From: Eubacteriales bacterium
GTDB taxonomy: Bacteria; Bacillota; Clostridia; Oscillospirales; CAG-272
DNA length: 64,000 nucleotides
Direction: 5' to 3'
NCBI GenBank assembly: GCA_045611685.1
Contig: JAZKXO010000079.1
Coordinates: 68,551 to 132,550 of the forward strand
The translations under genes were made by a program, and so were the position numbers. The notes beneath the pieces were generated by a model, which saw only the letters and a list, made by a program, of their open reading frames with translations, ran no database searches and was not told where the DNA came from. Position 1 is the first letter of the stretch. Each line of letters begins with the position of its first letter. Below are positions 25,584 through 35,300 of the stretch, piece after piece.

Positions 25584-28382
25584 TTATTCTCCGTCGGACT
25601 CGCCCATGCCGGGCTTGCCGCAGCACTGCTTATATTTCTTTCCGCTGCCGCAGGGACAGGGATCGTTGCGGCCGACCTTGTCTTTATTGACGATCGGACG
25701 AGCGGGATCGGATGCGGCAGGCGTGGCGGGACGTGCAACAGGGCGCTGCACCGGTCGCTTCAAGGAGAGCGGGCGGCCACTCGTGCCGGTTTCCCTTACC
25801 ACCTGTACGCGCTGCATCGGGTTCTGCGGCAGAACGGACAGAATCATACGGGCGGAATCCTCGCGGATCTCCGCGATCATTTCGTCGAACAGATCCGCCC
25901 CCTGGATACGGTACTCACTGATCGGATTACGCTGTGCATACGCCTGCAGGCCAATACTTTCCATCAGGCTGTCCATCGCTTCGAGATGCGCCATCCATTT
26001 CTGGTCGACATTACGGAGCAGAACGACGCGTTCCACCTCGCGGAAATTCTCTTCCCCGAAGAGAGCCTCCTTTTCCGCATACAGCTTTTCCGCACGGGCG
26101 AGAAGCGTTTCGCGGATTTCCTCGCGCACTTTTGAAGCCGAACCGGAAATCTCGGTGAAATCGCTTTCTTCGGTCAAGAGGCCGCGGTATTTCTGGCGGA
26201 GTCCCTCAATATCCCAAGCGGAGATCTCGTCCTCGTGGAGGAACTGGTCCACCGCATCGGAGACGGTGCCGCGCACCATACCGAGAAGTTTTTCCTTGAC
26301 GCTCTCGCCCGAGAGCACCTCGCCGCGCTGGTCATAGATAATCGTTCTCTGCTGATTCATCACGTCGTCATATGCGAGGACGTTTTTACGGCGTTCGAAG
26401 TTGTTGTCCTCAAGCCGCTTCTGCGCCGATTCGATGGAACCGGAAAGAATCTTCGCATCGATCGGATCGTTTTCGCTCATGCCCAGTCTGTCGACGATGC
26501 CAATAATCCGCTCACTGCCGAACAGGCGCATAAGATCGTCTTCGAGGGAAAGGAAGAAACGGGATTCGCCCGGATCGCCCTGACGTCCGGAACGACCGCG
26601 CAGCTGGTTATCGATACGCCGGCTTTCGTGCCGCTCCGTACCGATGACGAAGAGCCCGCCGGCCTCACGTACCTTTTCCGCCTCGGGGTAGATTTCTTCC
26701 TGATATTTCTTGTAGAGTTCGCGATACACCTCACGTGCCGCCATCGCTTCTTCGCTGATCGACATAGAAGAACCGGTAGCAAGCGCGATCACGTCTTCTT
26801 CGTATCCCTGCTGACGCATAGCCGCCTTCGCAAGATACTCGGCATTACCGCCGAGAAGAATATCCGTACCGCGTCCAGCCATGTTGGTGGAGATCGTAAC
26901 GGCGCCGTATTTGCCCGCCTGCGCGACGATGTCTGCCTCTCGGTCGTGGTATTTCGCATTCAGAACCGTGTGCTTGACACCGTTCATCTTCAGCTTGCGG
27001 GAGAGCTCCTCCGATTTCTCGATCGACACGGTGCCGACGAGCACGGGCTGTCCCTTGGCATTACATTCTTTGATCTGCTTTATGATTGCGTTATCCTTAC
27101 CGTTCTTCGATTTGTAAACGGCGTCGGAATGATCCGTACGGATCATCGGCTTGTTCGTCGGGACTTCCACGACGTCGAGATTGTAGATCTCGCGGAATTC
27201 GTTTTCCTCGGAGAGTGCCGTACCGGTCATGCCGGACAGCTTTTTATACATACGGAAATAATTCTGGAAGGTGATCGTGGCGATCGTGCGGTTTTCCTTT
27301 TGGATCTTCACGTTTTCCTTAGCCTCGATCGCCTGATGCAGACCGTCAGAATAGCGGCGGCCGGGCATAATACGGCCCGTGAAGGAATCGACGATAAGAA
27401 CCTCGTTATCCTTGATGACGTAGTCTGTATCGCGCTTCATGATGCCGTACGCGCGGATCGCCTGATACACGTGGTGGGAAATATCCGCGTTCTCGGGATC
27501 GGATAGGTTCCCAATGCCGAAGAATTTCTCCGTCTTCTCGATACCTGCGGCGGTAAGCGTGGTGCTGCGCGCCTTCTCGTCAACGATATAGTCCGCGTCG
27601 ATGTGATCGTGCTCTTCTTTGGAATCAAGTTCCTTGATGACGAATTTTCGCATAGTACGAACAAGCTGATCCGCTCTGCCGTACAGCTCATCCGTCTTCT
27701 CGCCGGAACCGGAAATGATAAGCGGCGTACGCGCCTCGTCGATGAGAATGGAGGCCACCTCGTCGACGATCGCGAAATTGTGTCCGCGCTGAGACTGCAT
27801 CTCCTTGTAGAGGATCATGTTGTCTCTGAGATAGTCGAAGCCGAATTCATTATTCGTACCGTAGGTAATGTCGCATCCGTACGCGTGCTGTTTCTGAGCG
27901 CGGTTCTGGTTGTGGACGACAAGTCCCGTCGTGAGACCGAGAAATTCGTGAATACGTCCCATTTCCTCGGAGCCGAGCCGTGCCAGATATTCATTAACCG
28001 TAACGATATGGACACCCTTGCCGCTCAGTGCGTTCAGATAGGACGGAAGGGACGCAACGAGGGTCTTACCCTCACCGGTCTTCATCTCTGCCACGCGCCC
28101 CTGGTGAAGGAGAATGCCGCAGAGCACCTGTACGTCGAAGGGGCGCTTGCCGAGGACGCGGTCTGCCGCTTCCCTGACGAGCGCGTATGCGTCAGGCAGG
28201 ATATCGTCAAGGGTAGACCCGCCCGCAAGTTCTTTTTTGAAAGCGTCGGTCATCGCTGCCATCTCGGCATCGGTGAGCGCTTTGTATTTCGGTGCAAGAT
28301 CGTTTACCGCCCCCAAAAGAGGACGGATCTTTTTAATCTGGTGATCACTGTACGATCCGAACAGCTTGGTAATGATACTCAT
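25584..28382 (-). CDS. secA: preprotein translocase ATPase SecA
   Basis: 932 aa with Walker A (MKTGEGKTL), the DEVASILIDEARTPLIISG box, and a C-terminal zinc finger, CPCGSGKKYKQCCG. Confidence 0.97.
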   Translation of the reverse strand: MSIITKLFGSYSDHQIKKIRPLLGAVNDLAPKYKALTDAEMAAMTDAFKKELAGGSTLDDILPDAYALVREAADRVLGKRPFDVQVLCGILLHQGRVAEMKTGEGKTLVASLPSYLNALSGKGVHIVTVNEYLARLGSEEMGRIHEFLGLTTGLVVHNQNRAQKQHAYGCDITYGTNNEFGFDYLRDNMILYKEMQSQRGHNFAIVDEVASILIDEARTPLIISGSGEKTDELYGRADQLVRTMRKFVIKELDSKEEHDHIDADYIVDEKARSTTLTAAGIEKTEKFFGIGNLSDPENADISHHVYQAIRAYGIMKRDTDYVIKDNEVLIVDSFTGRIMPGRRYSDGLHQAIEAKENVKIQKENRTIATITFQNYFRMYKKLSGMTGTALSEENEFREIYNLDVVEVPTNKPMIRTDHSDAVYKSKNGKDNAIIKQIKECNAKGQPVLVGTVSIEKSEELSRKLKMNGVKHTVLNAKYHDREADIVAQAGKYGAVTISTNMAGRGTDILLGGNAEYLAKAAMRQQGYEEDVIALATGSSMSISEEAMAAREVYRELYKKYQEEIYPEAEKVREAGGLFVIGTERHESRRIDNQLRGRSGRQGDPGESRFFLSLEDDLMRLFGSERIIGIVDRLGMSENDPIDAKILSGSIESAQKRLEDNNFERRKNVLAYDDVMNQQRTIIYDQRGEVLSGESVKEKLLGMVRGTVSDAVDQFLHEDEISAWDIEGLRQKYRGLLTEESDFTEISGSASKVREEIRETLLARAEKLYAEKEALFGEENFREVERVVLLRNVDQKWMAHLEAMDSLMESIGLQAYAQRNPISEYRIQGADLFDEMIAEIREDSARMILSVLPQNPMQRVQVVRETGTSGRPLSLKRPVQRPVARPATPAASDPARPIVNKDKVGRNDPCPCGSGKKYKQCCGKPGMGESDGE

Positions 28383-28524
28383 TTCGGCAGAAGACCTCTC
28401 AAACGATTTATCTTTATATATGGAACTTCAAACACTTATCTTATATAGTATACAACATTTGCTGTACAGAAAGCATTTCATTTTTGTAAATTTATTTGAA
28501 ATGCTTGACCCTTCCGCGAAAAAC

Positions 28525-28553
28525 TTGCATTTTTTATAAAAGTGGCGTATAAT
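28525..28553 (+). promoter_or_regulatory. sigma-A-type promoter for trmL
   Basis: TTGCAT (28525-28530), a 17-nt spacer, then TATAAT (28548-28553). Confidence 0.55.
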
Positions 28554-28588
28554 AAACACATATTTTGCCAAAACGGAAGGATTTTCGT

Positions 28589-29113
28589 ATGGGACAGATC
28601 AACATCGTACTGGTAGAGCCGGAAATTCCGCAGAACACGGGCAACATCGCTCGGACCTGCGCGGCCACCGGTGCGTCTCTCCATCTCATCAGACCGCTTG
28701 GTTTTGAGATTGACAGTGCCAAACTGAAACGTGCGGGACTCGACTACTGGGACAGTCTCGACATTACGTATTACGACGGTATCGACGATTTTTTCCGCCG
28801 TCATCCTGACGCCGATTTTTACTGTTTCTCCTCAAAAGCACCCAAATCGTACACAGAGGCAGAGTACCCCCTGCCCGTTTATTTGTTTTTCGGGAAAGAG
28901 ACAAAGGGGCTGCCCGAGGATTTCCTCCTTACACACAGGGATCGGTGTGTCCGCATCCCCATGCGCGGCGGACAGCGCTGTCTCAACCTCTCAAACGCGG
29001 CGGCTGTCGGCGTGTATGAGGTTCTGCGCCAAAACGGGTTTCCCGAACAAATGACCGGCAGTACTTATCTGACCGAAGCGGACGTCAGATCATCGGAGAT
29101 AAAAGCACCATAA
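28589..29113 (+). CDS. trmL: tRNA (cytidine/uridine-2'-O)-methyltransferase TrmL (SpoU family)
   Basis: The product begins MGQINIVLVEPEIPQNTGNIARTCAATGASLHLIRPLGF and contains LFFGKETKGLP. Its 3' end overlaps the convergent cls gene. Confidence 0.85.
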   Translation: MGQINIVLVEPEIPQNTGNIARTCAATGASLHLIRPLGFEIDSAKLKRAGLDYWDSLDITYYDGIDDFFRRHPDADFYCFSSKAPKSYTEAEYPLPVYLFFGKETKGLPEDFLLTHRDRCVRIPMRGGQRCLNLSNAAAVGVYEVLRQNGFPEQMTGSTYLTEADVRSSEIKAP

Positions 29114-30620
29114 CGCTTCGGATAAGCCTGCGCCAAAAGCCGCAGCGGCAATCCTCTTCCGTGATACGGCGGCATTTCTGTACGGTATTGATATAGTCCT
29201 CTTTGATTTTTTCGATCTCGCCCACACCGTACATCCACACACCGCATTCAAAATGCAGATACAAACTGCGGAAATCAAGATTTACCGTGCCGACGGTCGC
29301 ATACCGATCGTCAGAGATGAACGTTTTTGCGTGGATGAATCCGGGGATATATTCGTACAGCTTTACCCCGTTATCAATGAGATGCTTGTAGTACGCCTTC
29401 GTCGTTTCGTGGACGAAGAACTTGTCCCCGATCCCGGGCGTGATGATACGCACGTCCACACCGCATTTGGCGGCGTTGCAGAGCGCCGTCTCCAGAAGAT
29501 CATCGATAATGAGATACGGTGTCGTAATGTATACGTACCGTTCCGCACGATTGATCATATTGAGATAGATCGTCTTGCCAACCGGCTCGTTGTCGAGCGG
29601 GTTGTCGGTGTACGGCTGCACGTAGCCACCGCCCGTTTCACAGCCACTGTTTTCGGGCTTATAGTGATCGTACGATTCCGCTGCGGCGCCCGTCTCGCTG
29701 AGATAATCCCACATAGTGAGAAACATGACCGTCATACTCCACGCGGCATCTCCGCGGAGCATGACGGCATTGTCTTTCCAGTGTCCGAAGCGCTCGATCT
29801 CATTTATATATTCATCCGCAAGATTGATGCCGCCGGTGAAGGCAACCTTTCCGTCAATGACACCGATTTTTCTGTGGTTACGGTTGTTGAGGCGTGCGGA
29901 CAAAATAGGAATGAACCGGTTGAACACGTGACAGCGAATGCCCCTTTTGGCCAACTCACGAGGATAATTGTCGGGAAGATGCGTGATGCACCCCATATCA
30001 TCGTAGATGAGGCGTACATCCACGCCCGCTTTTGCTTTTTCGGTAAGGATGTCGAGAATCTCGTTCCACATCCGACCCTCCGCGATGATAAAATACTCAA
30101 GGAAGATATACTTTTCCGCCCCTCTCAGTTCACAACGAAGGGCCTCAAACATGTCCTCACCGAGCGGGAAATAGCGTACATCCGTATTCTCAAAAACCGG
30201 ACACGTCGACGCCTTCGCGATATAGCGGGACTGAAACGCCGCCGAGGGATTCTCTACCTCAAGGCGCTCGACAATCTGCCCGTTTTCGGGCAAGGTGTTT
30301 CGCATCGCACCCGAGATCTTCGACATTTTCTTTTTCGCATGCTCGGAGAGGCGGTTACCGCTGAATATGAGATACAACATACTGCCAAAAATCGGAATAA
30401 GAAGAACCGTAACGAGCCACGCGATCATATACTCTGCCGCATCCTTGCGGTTAACGATTCTGAGGGCAAGAACGAAGGATACCGCCAGGGAAACGAAATA
30501 ATAGATAACGAAATACTCCGTAAAACGAATCGCAGAGACAAAGAGCAGAACGAGCTGAAGAAGAATGAGCACCGATACGATAACGATACGGCTGAAAAGA
30601 AATTTGAGCAGTTTTTTCAT
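29085..30620 (-). CDS. cls: cardiolipin synthase
   Basis: 511 aa with two N-terminal TM segments and two HKD motifs (NHRKIGVIDGKVAFTGGINL and IHAKTFISDDRYATVGTVNLD). Confidence 0.92.
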   Translation of the reverse strand: MKKLLKFLFSRIVIVSVLILLQLVLLFVSAIRFTEYFVIYYFVSLAVSFVLALRIVNRKDAAEYMIAWLVTVLLIPIFGSMLYLIFSGNRLSEHAKKKMSKISGAMRNTLPENGQIVERLEVENPSAAFQSRYIAKASTCPVFENTDVRYFPLGEDMFEALRCELRGAEKYIFLEYFIIAEGRMWNEILDILTEKAKAGVDVRLIYDDMGCITHLPDNYPRELAKRGIRCHVFNRFIPILSARLNNRNHRKIGVIDGKVAFTGGINLADEYINEIERFGHWKDNAVMLRGDAAWSMTVMFLTMWDYLSETGAAAESYDHYKPENSGCETGGGYVQPYTDNPLDNEPVGKTIYLNMINRAERYVYITTPYLIIDDLLETALCNAAKCGVDVRIITPGIGDKFFVHETTKAYYKHLIDNGVKLYEYIPGFIHAKTFISDDRYATVGTVNLDFRSLYLHFECGVWMYGVGEIEKIKEDYINTVQKCRRITEEDCRCGFWRRLIRSVMVLLSPMI

Positions 30621-30667
30621 CTTTGCCTCCTACGGTATACTATATACGGATAGTATACCATATTTTC

Positions 30668-30707
30668 CCGAAAAATACAAGGCAGAAAGCATTTGCTTTC
30701 TGCCTTG
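30668..30707 (-). terminator. rho-independent terminator after spoIVA
   Basis: 13-bp stem CAAGGCAGAAAGC (30678-30690) pairs with GCTTTCTGCCTTG (30695-30707), with TATTTTTC on the minus strand. Confidence 0.85.
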
Positions 30708-30719
30708 TTCTCGTTTTGA

Positions 30720-32231
30720 TTACAGAATGATGCAGATGAGCCCGCCGCTCCCCTCGTTGATGATGCGGGACAGCGTTTCGCCGAGTTTCAGCCGTGCGTC
30801 CGGAGGCATATGGGAAAGTTTCGCGTGCAGTCCATCGTTCACCAGCTCATAGAGCGATTTCCCGAAAAGATTGGATTCCCAGATCTGTTTCGGATCTTCT
30901 TCGAAATCACGGAGAAGGTTTTTCACCAGTTCCTCCGACTGCTGCTCCGTCCCCACGACGGGATTCAGTTCCGTCTCGATAGATGCACGGATCATATGAA
31001 CAGAAGGCGCAGATGCACGGAGACGTACGCCGTACCCACCCGCTTGGCGTACGATTTCGGGTTCCTCGAGGGTGAGACTGTCAATATCGGGCATCACGAT
31101 ACCGTAGCCGTTTTCATCCAGTTCGCGGATCGCCTCGGCGTATTTATCGTACGCACGTTTGGCTTCAGTCAAGGTGCGCAAAGCCGAGATCAACTCCCGC
31201 TCGCTTTCCATCTCGATGCCGGTAAGCTCACCGATAATACGGTAGTACAATGCATCGGGCATTGTGAGCGCCGCCTCCACACAACCGGTACCGAGATTGA
31301 TGTCGAAGAGGCGTACTTCTGCTTTCCCCTCTCCGCCGCCGGCGGCGATCGCCTCCGTGATAGCAGAAGACAGCGCGTCCCCGTACGCCTCCGCCGCGTC
31401 ACCCACCTTTCCGAGAGCACGCGCCGTGCGAAGCACCGCATCAGAAACGGCGACTCTCAGCCAGTGATCGGCATCCAGTGCGCACATCCAGCCGGGCATA
31501 TGAACGCGGATCTCACGGAGAGGAAACTCCATAAGCACCATACGGAGAATGTGCGCCACATCCTCTTTGTCCATCGTCGTACAGTTGATGAGCGCGACCG
31601 GTGCTTTGTACTTTTCTTCAAGTTCCATGGCGAGTTTTTCCGCTTCGGGTGAGGCGGGATTCTGAGAATTCAGAATAACCGCAAACGGCTTTCCGATCGC
31701 AGCGAGCTCGCGCGCCACCCTCTCTTCCGCCAAAAGATAATTCTCTCTCGGGATATCCCCAAAGGAGCCGTCCGTCGTTACGAGAATACCGATCGTAGAA
31801 TGCTCGTCAATGACCTTTCTGGTGCCTGTTTCCGCCGCCTCTTCAAACGGAAGGGGCTCCTTTGACCAAGGGGTATGTACCATTCTCACAGCGCCGTTTT
31901 CGGTATCGCCGAGCGCATCGGGCACCATATATCCGACGCAGTCGATCATCCGTACGTTGACGCGGCCGTGCTCCCCGACCGGGATCTGCACCGCTTCGTC
32001 GGGGATGAATTTCGGCTCGGTGGTCATAACAGTGCGTCCACCCGCACTTTGCGGAAGCTCGTCGCGGGCACGCGTGCGATCATGCTCCCCCTGTATGTTG
32101 GGGATGACCACCGTCTCCATAAATTTTTTGATAAACGTGGATTTTCCCGTCCGCACGGGGCCTACCACACCAACGTATATGTCTCCGCCGGTGCGCGCCG
32201 CGATATCCTGATAGATGTCTTGATTTGTCAT
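30720..32231 (-). CDS. spoIVA: stage IV sporulation protein A (spore coat morphogenetic ATPase)
   Basis: The product begins MTNQDIYQDIAARTGGDIYVGVVGPVRTGKSTFIKKFME (Walker A). ATG 32231 follows GGAGGA. Confidence 0.95.
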   Translation of the reverse strand: MTNQDIYQDIAARTGGDIYVGVVGPVRTGKSTFIKKFMETVVIPNIQGEHDRTRARDELPQSAGGRTVMTTEPKFIPDEAVQIPVGEHGRVNVRMIDCVGYMVPDALGDTENGAVRMVHTPWSKEPLPFEEAAETGTRKVIDEHSTIGILVTTDGSFGDIPRENYLLAEERVARELAAIGKPFAVILNSQNPASPEAEKLAMELEEKYKAPVALINCTTMDKEDVAHILRMVLMEFPLREIRVHMPGWMCALDADHWLRVAVSDAVLRTARALGKVGDAAEAYGDALSSAITEAIAAGGGEGKAEVRLFDINLGTGCVEAALTMPDALYYRIIGELTGIEMESERELISALRTLTEAKRAYDKYAEAIRELDENGYGIVMPDIDSLTLEEPEIVRQAGGYGVRLRASAPSVHMIRASIETELNPVVGTEQQSEELVKNLLRDFEEDPKQIWESNLFGKSLYELVNDGLHAKLSHMPPDARLKLGETLSRIINEGSGGLICIIL

Positions 32232-32274
32232 ACCTATTCCTCCGCATATTCGTGATTTCTGATGCTTTTGCTTG

Positions 32275-32303
32275 ATTGTATGCGACAAAGCCGAAAAGTA
32301 TGA
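32275..32303 (-). promoter_or_regulatory. sigma-E-type (mother-cell) promoter upstream of spoIVA
   Basis: The minus strand reads TCATACT, a 14-nt spacer, then CATACAAT. This matches the B. subtilis sigma-E consensus ZHATAXX-N14-CATACAHT. spoIVA is sigma-E dependent in B. subtilis. Confidence 0.6.
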
Positions 32304-32330
32304 CGGGCTGTCCGTGAAACACAGAATTTT

Positions 32331-32372
32331 TCAAAAAAAAGACTGCCGCATATACACGGACAGTCTTTTTTT
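32331..32372 (-). terminator. rho-independent terminator after polC
   Basis: An AGACTGCCG...CGGACAGTCT hairpin is flanked by A8 and T7, so a T-run follows the stem on the minus strand. Confidence 0.75.
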
Positions 32373-32375
32373 ACG

Positions 32376-35300
32376 TCAGAACAGCGTTAACTGGTTGGTG
32401 GCGGTCAGTCCCTTGAGAACACCGTTGCGTTCAAGAATCTCAATGACCGTTTTGGAGATACCGGCTTCGCGTTTCAGCATTTCCACGGAGTAGATCTCCC
32501 CCTGATCGCGGTAATGCATAATATTTTCCGCCGCCGTATCGCCAAGACCGGGCAGGGATGAGAACGGCAGACGGATCTTGCCGTTTTCCGGCAGATATTT
32601 GTGGGCGTGGGATTTTTTGAGATCCACCGGCAAAAAGCTGAAGCCACGCTGGTAATACTCGTTCACCAGCATGAGGGAGTTGTAAATTTCGACCTCTTTT
32701 TGAGAAAGTTCGTTTTTCCGTTTTTTGAGATCGAGCATCATCTCGTGCACGTGCTGTTTCCCGCCCATAACGATCTCCGAATCGAATCCGCCGGGCGCTG
32801 CGGAGAAGTATCCGGCGTAAAACTCCACCGGATAGTAGATCTTGTACCACATCAGCCGCACGGCATCCATAGCATAAGCGGCGGCGTGCGCTTTGGGGAA
32901 CATGTACCTAACCTTCTGGAGCGAGTCGATATACCACTGGGGCACGTTATTCTCCACCATCACGGACATCATATCGTCGGGGATCTTCGCACCCTTTTTG
33001 TTTTTACGGACGAATTCCATGATCTTGAACGCGATGCCTTTTTCGACACCGTATTTTTGAATGAGGGTAAGCATGATATCGTCGCGGCATCCGATTACCT
33101 CGGAAACGGTACAGGTGCCGTCACGGATGAGATCCTGCGCGTTGCCCACCCACATTCCCGTGCCGTGCGTGAGTCCTTCAATCTGGAGAAGATCGGCAAA
33201 ATTCTTCGGCTGTGCTTCCATTAAAACGTCGCGGCTCAGCTTCGTGCCCATCTCGGGCAGGCCGAGGGTAGACGTTTTCGAATCGATCTGATCGGGATGC
33301 ACGCCGATCGGATCGGTCGCGGTAAAGCCTTTGTACGTTACGGGATCGGTCAGCGGAATGTCCAGCACGGGCACACCGGAATATTCCTCCATACGCTTAT
33401 ATTTCGTCGGAATATCGTGGCCGAGAATATCAAGCTTCAGTATCGTATCGTGGAGATATTTGAACTCAAAGTGCGTCGTGATCACGTCGGAGTTGGGATC
33501 GTCCGCCGGATGCTGGACGGGTGTAAAATCGCATATGTCGTATTCCTTCGGCACGACGATAATGCCGCCGGGATGCTGTCCCGTCGTTCGCTTCGTGCCG
33601 AGGCATCCGGATATGAGCCGTTCGATTTCCGCACGGTTGACGGAAATACCCTTTCCTTCAAGGAATTTTGCGGTGAATCCGAACGCGGTCTTGTCCGCGA
33701 GCGTGCCGATCGTACCCGCCTTGAATGCCTTACCTGCACCGAACAAAACCTCGGTGAACTTGTGCGCGTCCGCCTGTACATCGCCTGAGAAGTTCAGATC
33801 AATATCCGGCGTTTTATCACCGTAGAAACCAAGAAACGTCTCAAACGGGATATCGTGTCCGTCCTGCCCAAGCCTTGTGCCGCACTTCGGGCAGTCCTTG
33901 GGCGGCAGATCGAAGCCGGAGCCGACCGAGCCGTCCGTGATAAATTCGCTATGGCGGCAATTCGGACAGCGATAATGCGGCGGCAAGGGATTGACACGCG
34001 TGATGCCTGCCATCGTCGCGGCAAAGGACGAGCCGACCGAGCCGCGCGATCCGACCTGATATCCCTTGGACTCGCTGTTTTCCACGAGTTTACGGGCGAT
34101 TATATACATGATTGCAAAACCGTTTTTGATAATGGAATCAAGTTCTCTGTCAAGCCGTGCGGCAACAATCTCAGGGAGAGGATCGCCGTACAGTTCTCTG
34201 GCCAAGGCGTTGCATTTCGTCGTCAGTTCTTCCTCCGCGCCGTCGATATGCGGCGGGTAGTTCCCCTCGGGGATCGGGCGGACGCTTTCGATCATAGCGG
34301 CAATCTTTTTCGGATTGTCGATGACCACCTCGCGCGCCGTTTCCTCGTCCAGATAGTCAAACTCCGCGAGCATTTCCTCCGTCGTACGGAAATAAAGTTC
34401 GGTCACCTTGTCCGCATCGGAGAATTTCATACCGGAGAGAAGAATCCGGCGGTAGATCTCATCCTCCGGCTCGAGATAATGCGCGTCGCATGTGGCAACG
34501 ACCGGCTTTCCGAGTTTCTTGCCGAGCGCTATGATCTTTCGGTTCAGTTCACGGAGCGCTTCATCATCCGCCACCTGTCCCTTTTCGACAAGGAATCGGT
34601 TGTTGGTGATCGGCTGAATTTCGAGGTAGTCATAGAAGGAAGCGATCTCCTCGAGCTCATTCTGCGGTTTTCCTTCAAGCACCGCGGTGAATAACTCGCC
34701 CGCCTCGCAGGCAGAGCCTATTATAAGCCCCTCGCGCATCTCGGAAAGGCGCGTCTTGGGAATTCTGGGGGTTTTTCTGTAATATTTCAGATACGATTCC
34801 GAAACGAGCGTATAGAGATTTTTGAGTCCCACGCTGTTTTTCACCAGAATGATCTGGTGGTACGTTTTCAGTTTTAGGGGATCGGAACGCTCGCTCATCG
34901 CGGTGTTCAGCTCCGCCATCGAATGGATGCCCTCGTCGGCGAGTTTACTTATCATACAGTAGTAGATCCTCGAGAGAATCTCCGCGTCATCCGACGCGCG
35001 GTGATGATTGAAATCGCCAAGTCCGAAATACTCTGCCAAAATGTTGAGTTTGTGCTTTTTCAGATCGGGATTCACGTAGTGGGACATTGCCACCGTATCA
35101 AGATACGCGTTCGTGAACGGAAGACCGAGATCCTCCGCGGCACGGCGGATGAAGCTTACGTCAAAGCCCGCGTTGTGCGCGATGAGCATCCGATCACCGA
35201 TAAACGAGAGAAATTCCGGCAGAACTTCACTGATCGGGCGTTCGTTTTTCACCATCTCGTCCGTAATACCGGTCAGCCTCACTACCTCTTCGGGGATCGG

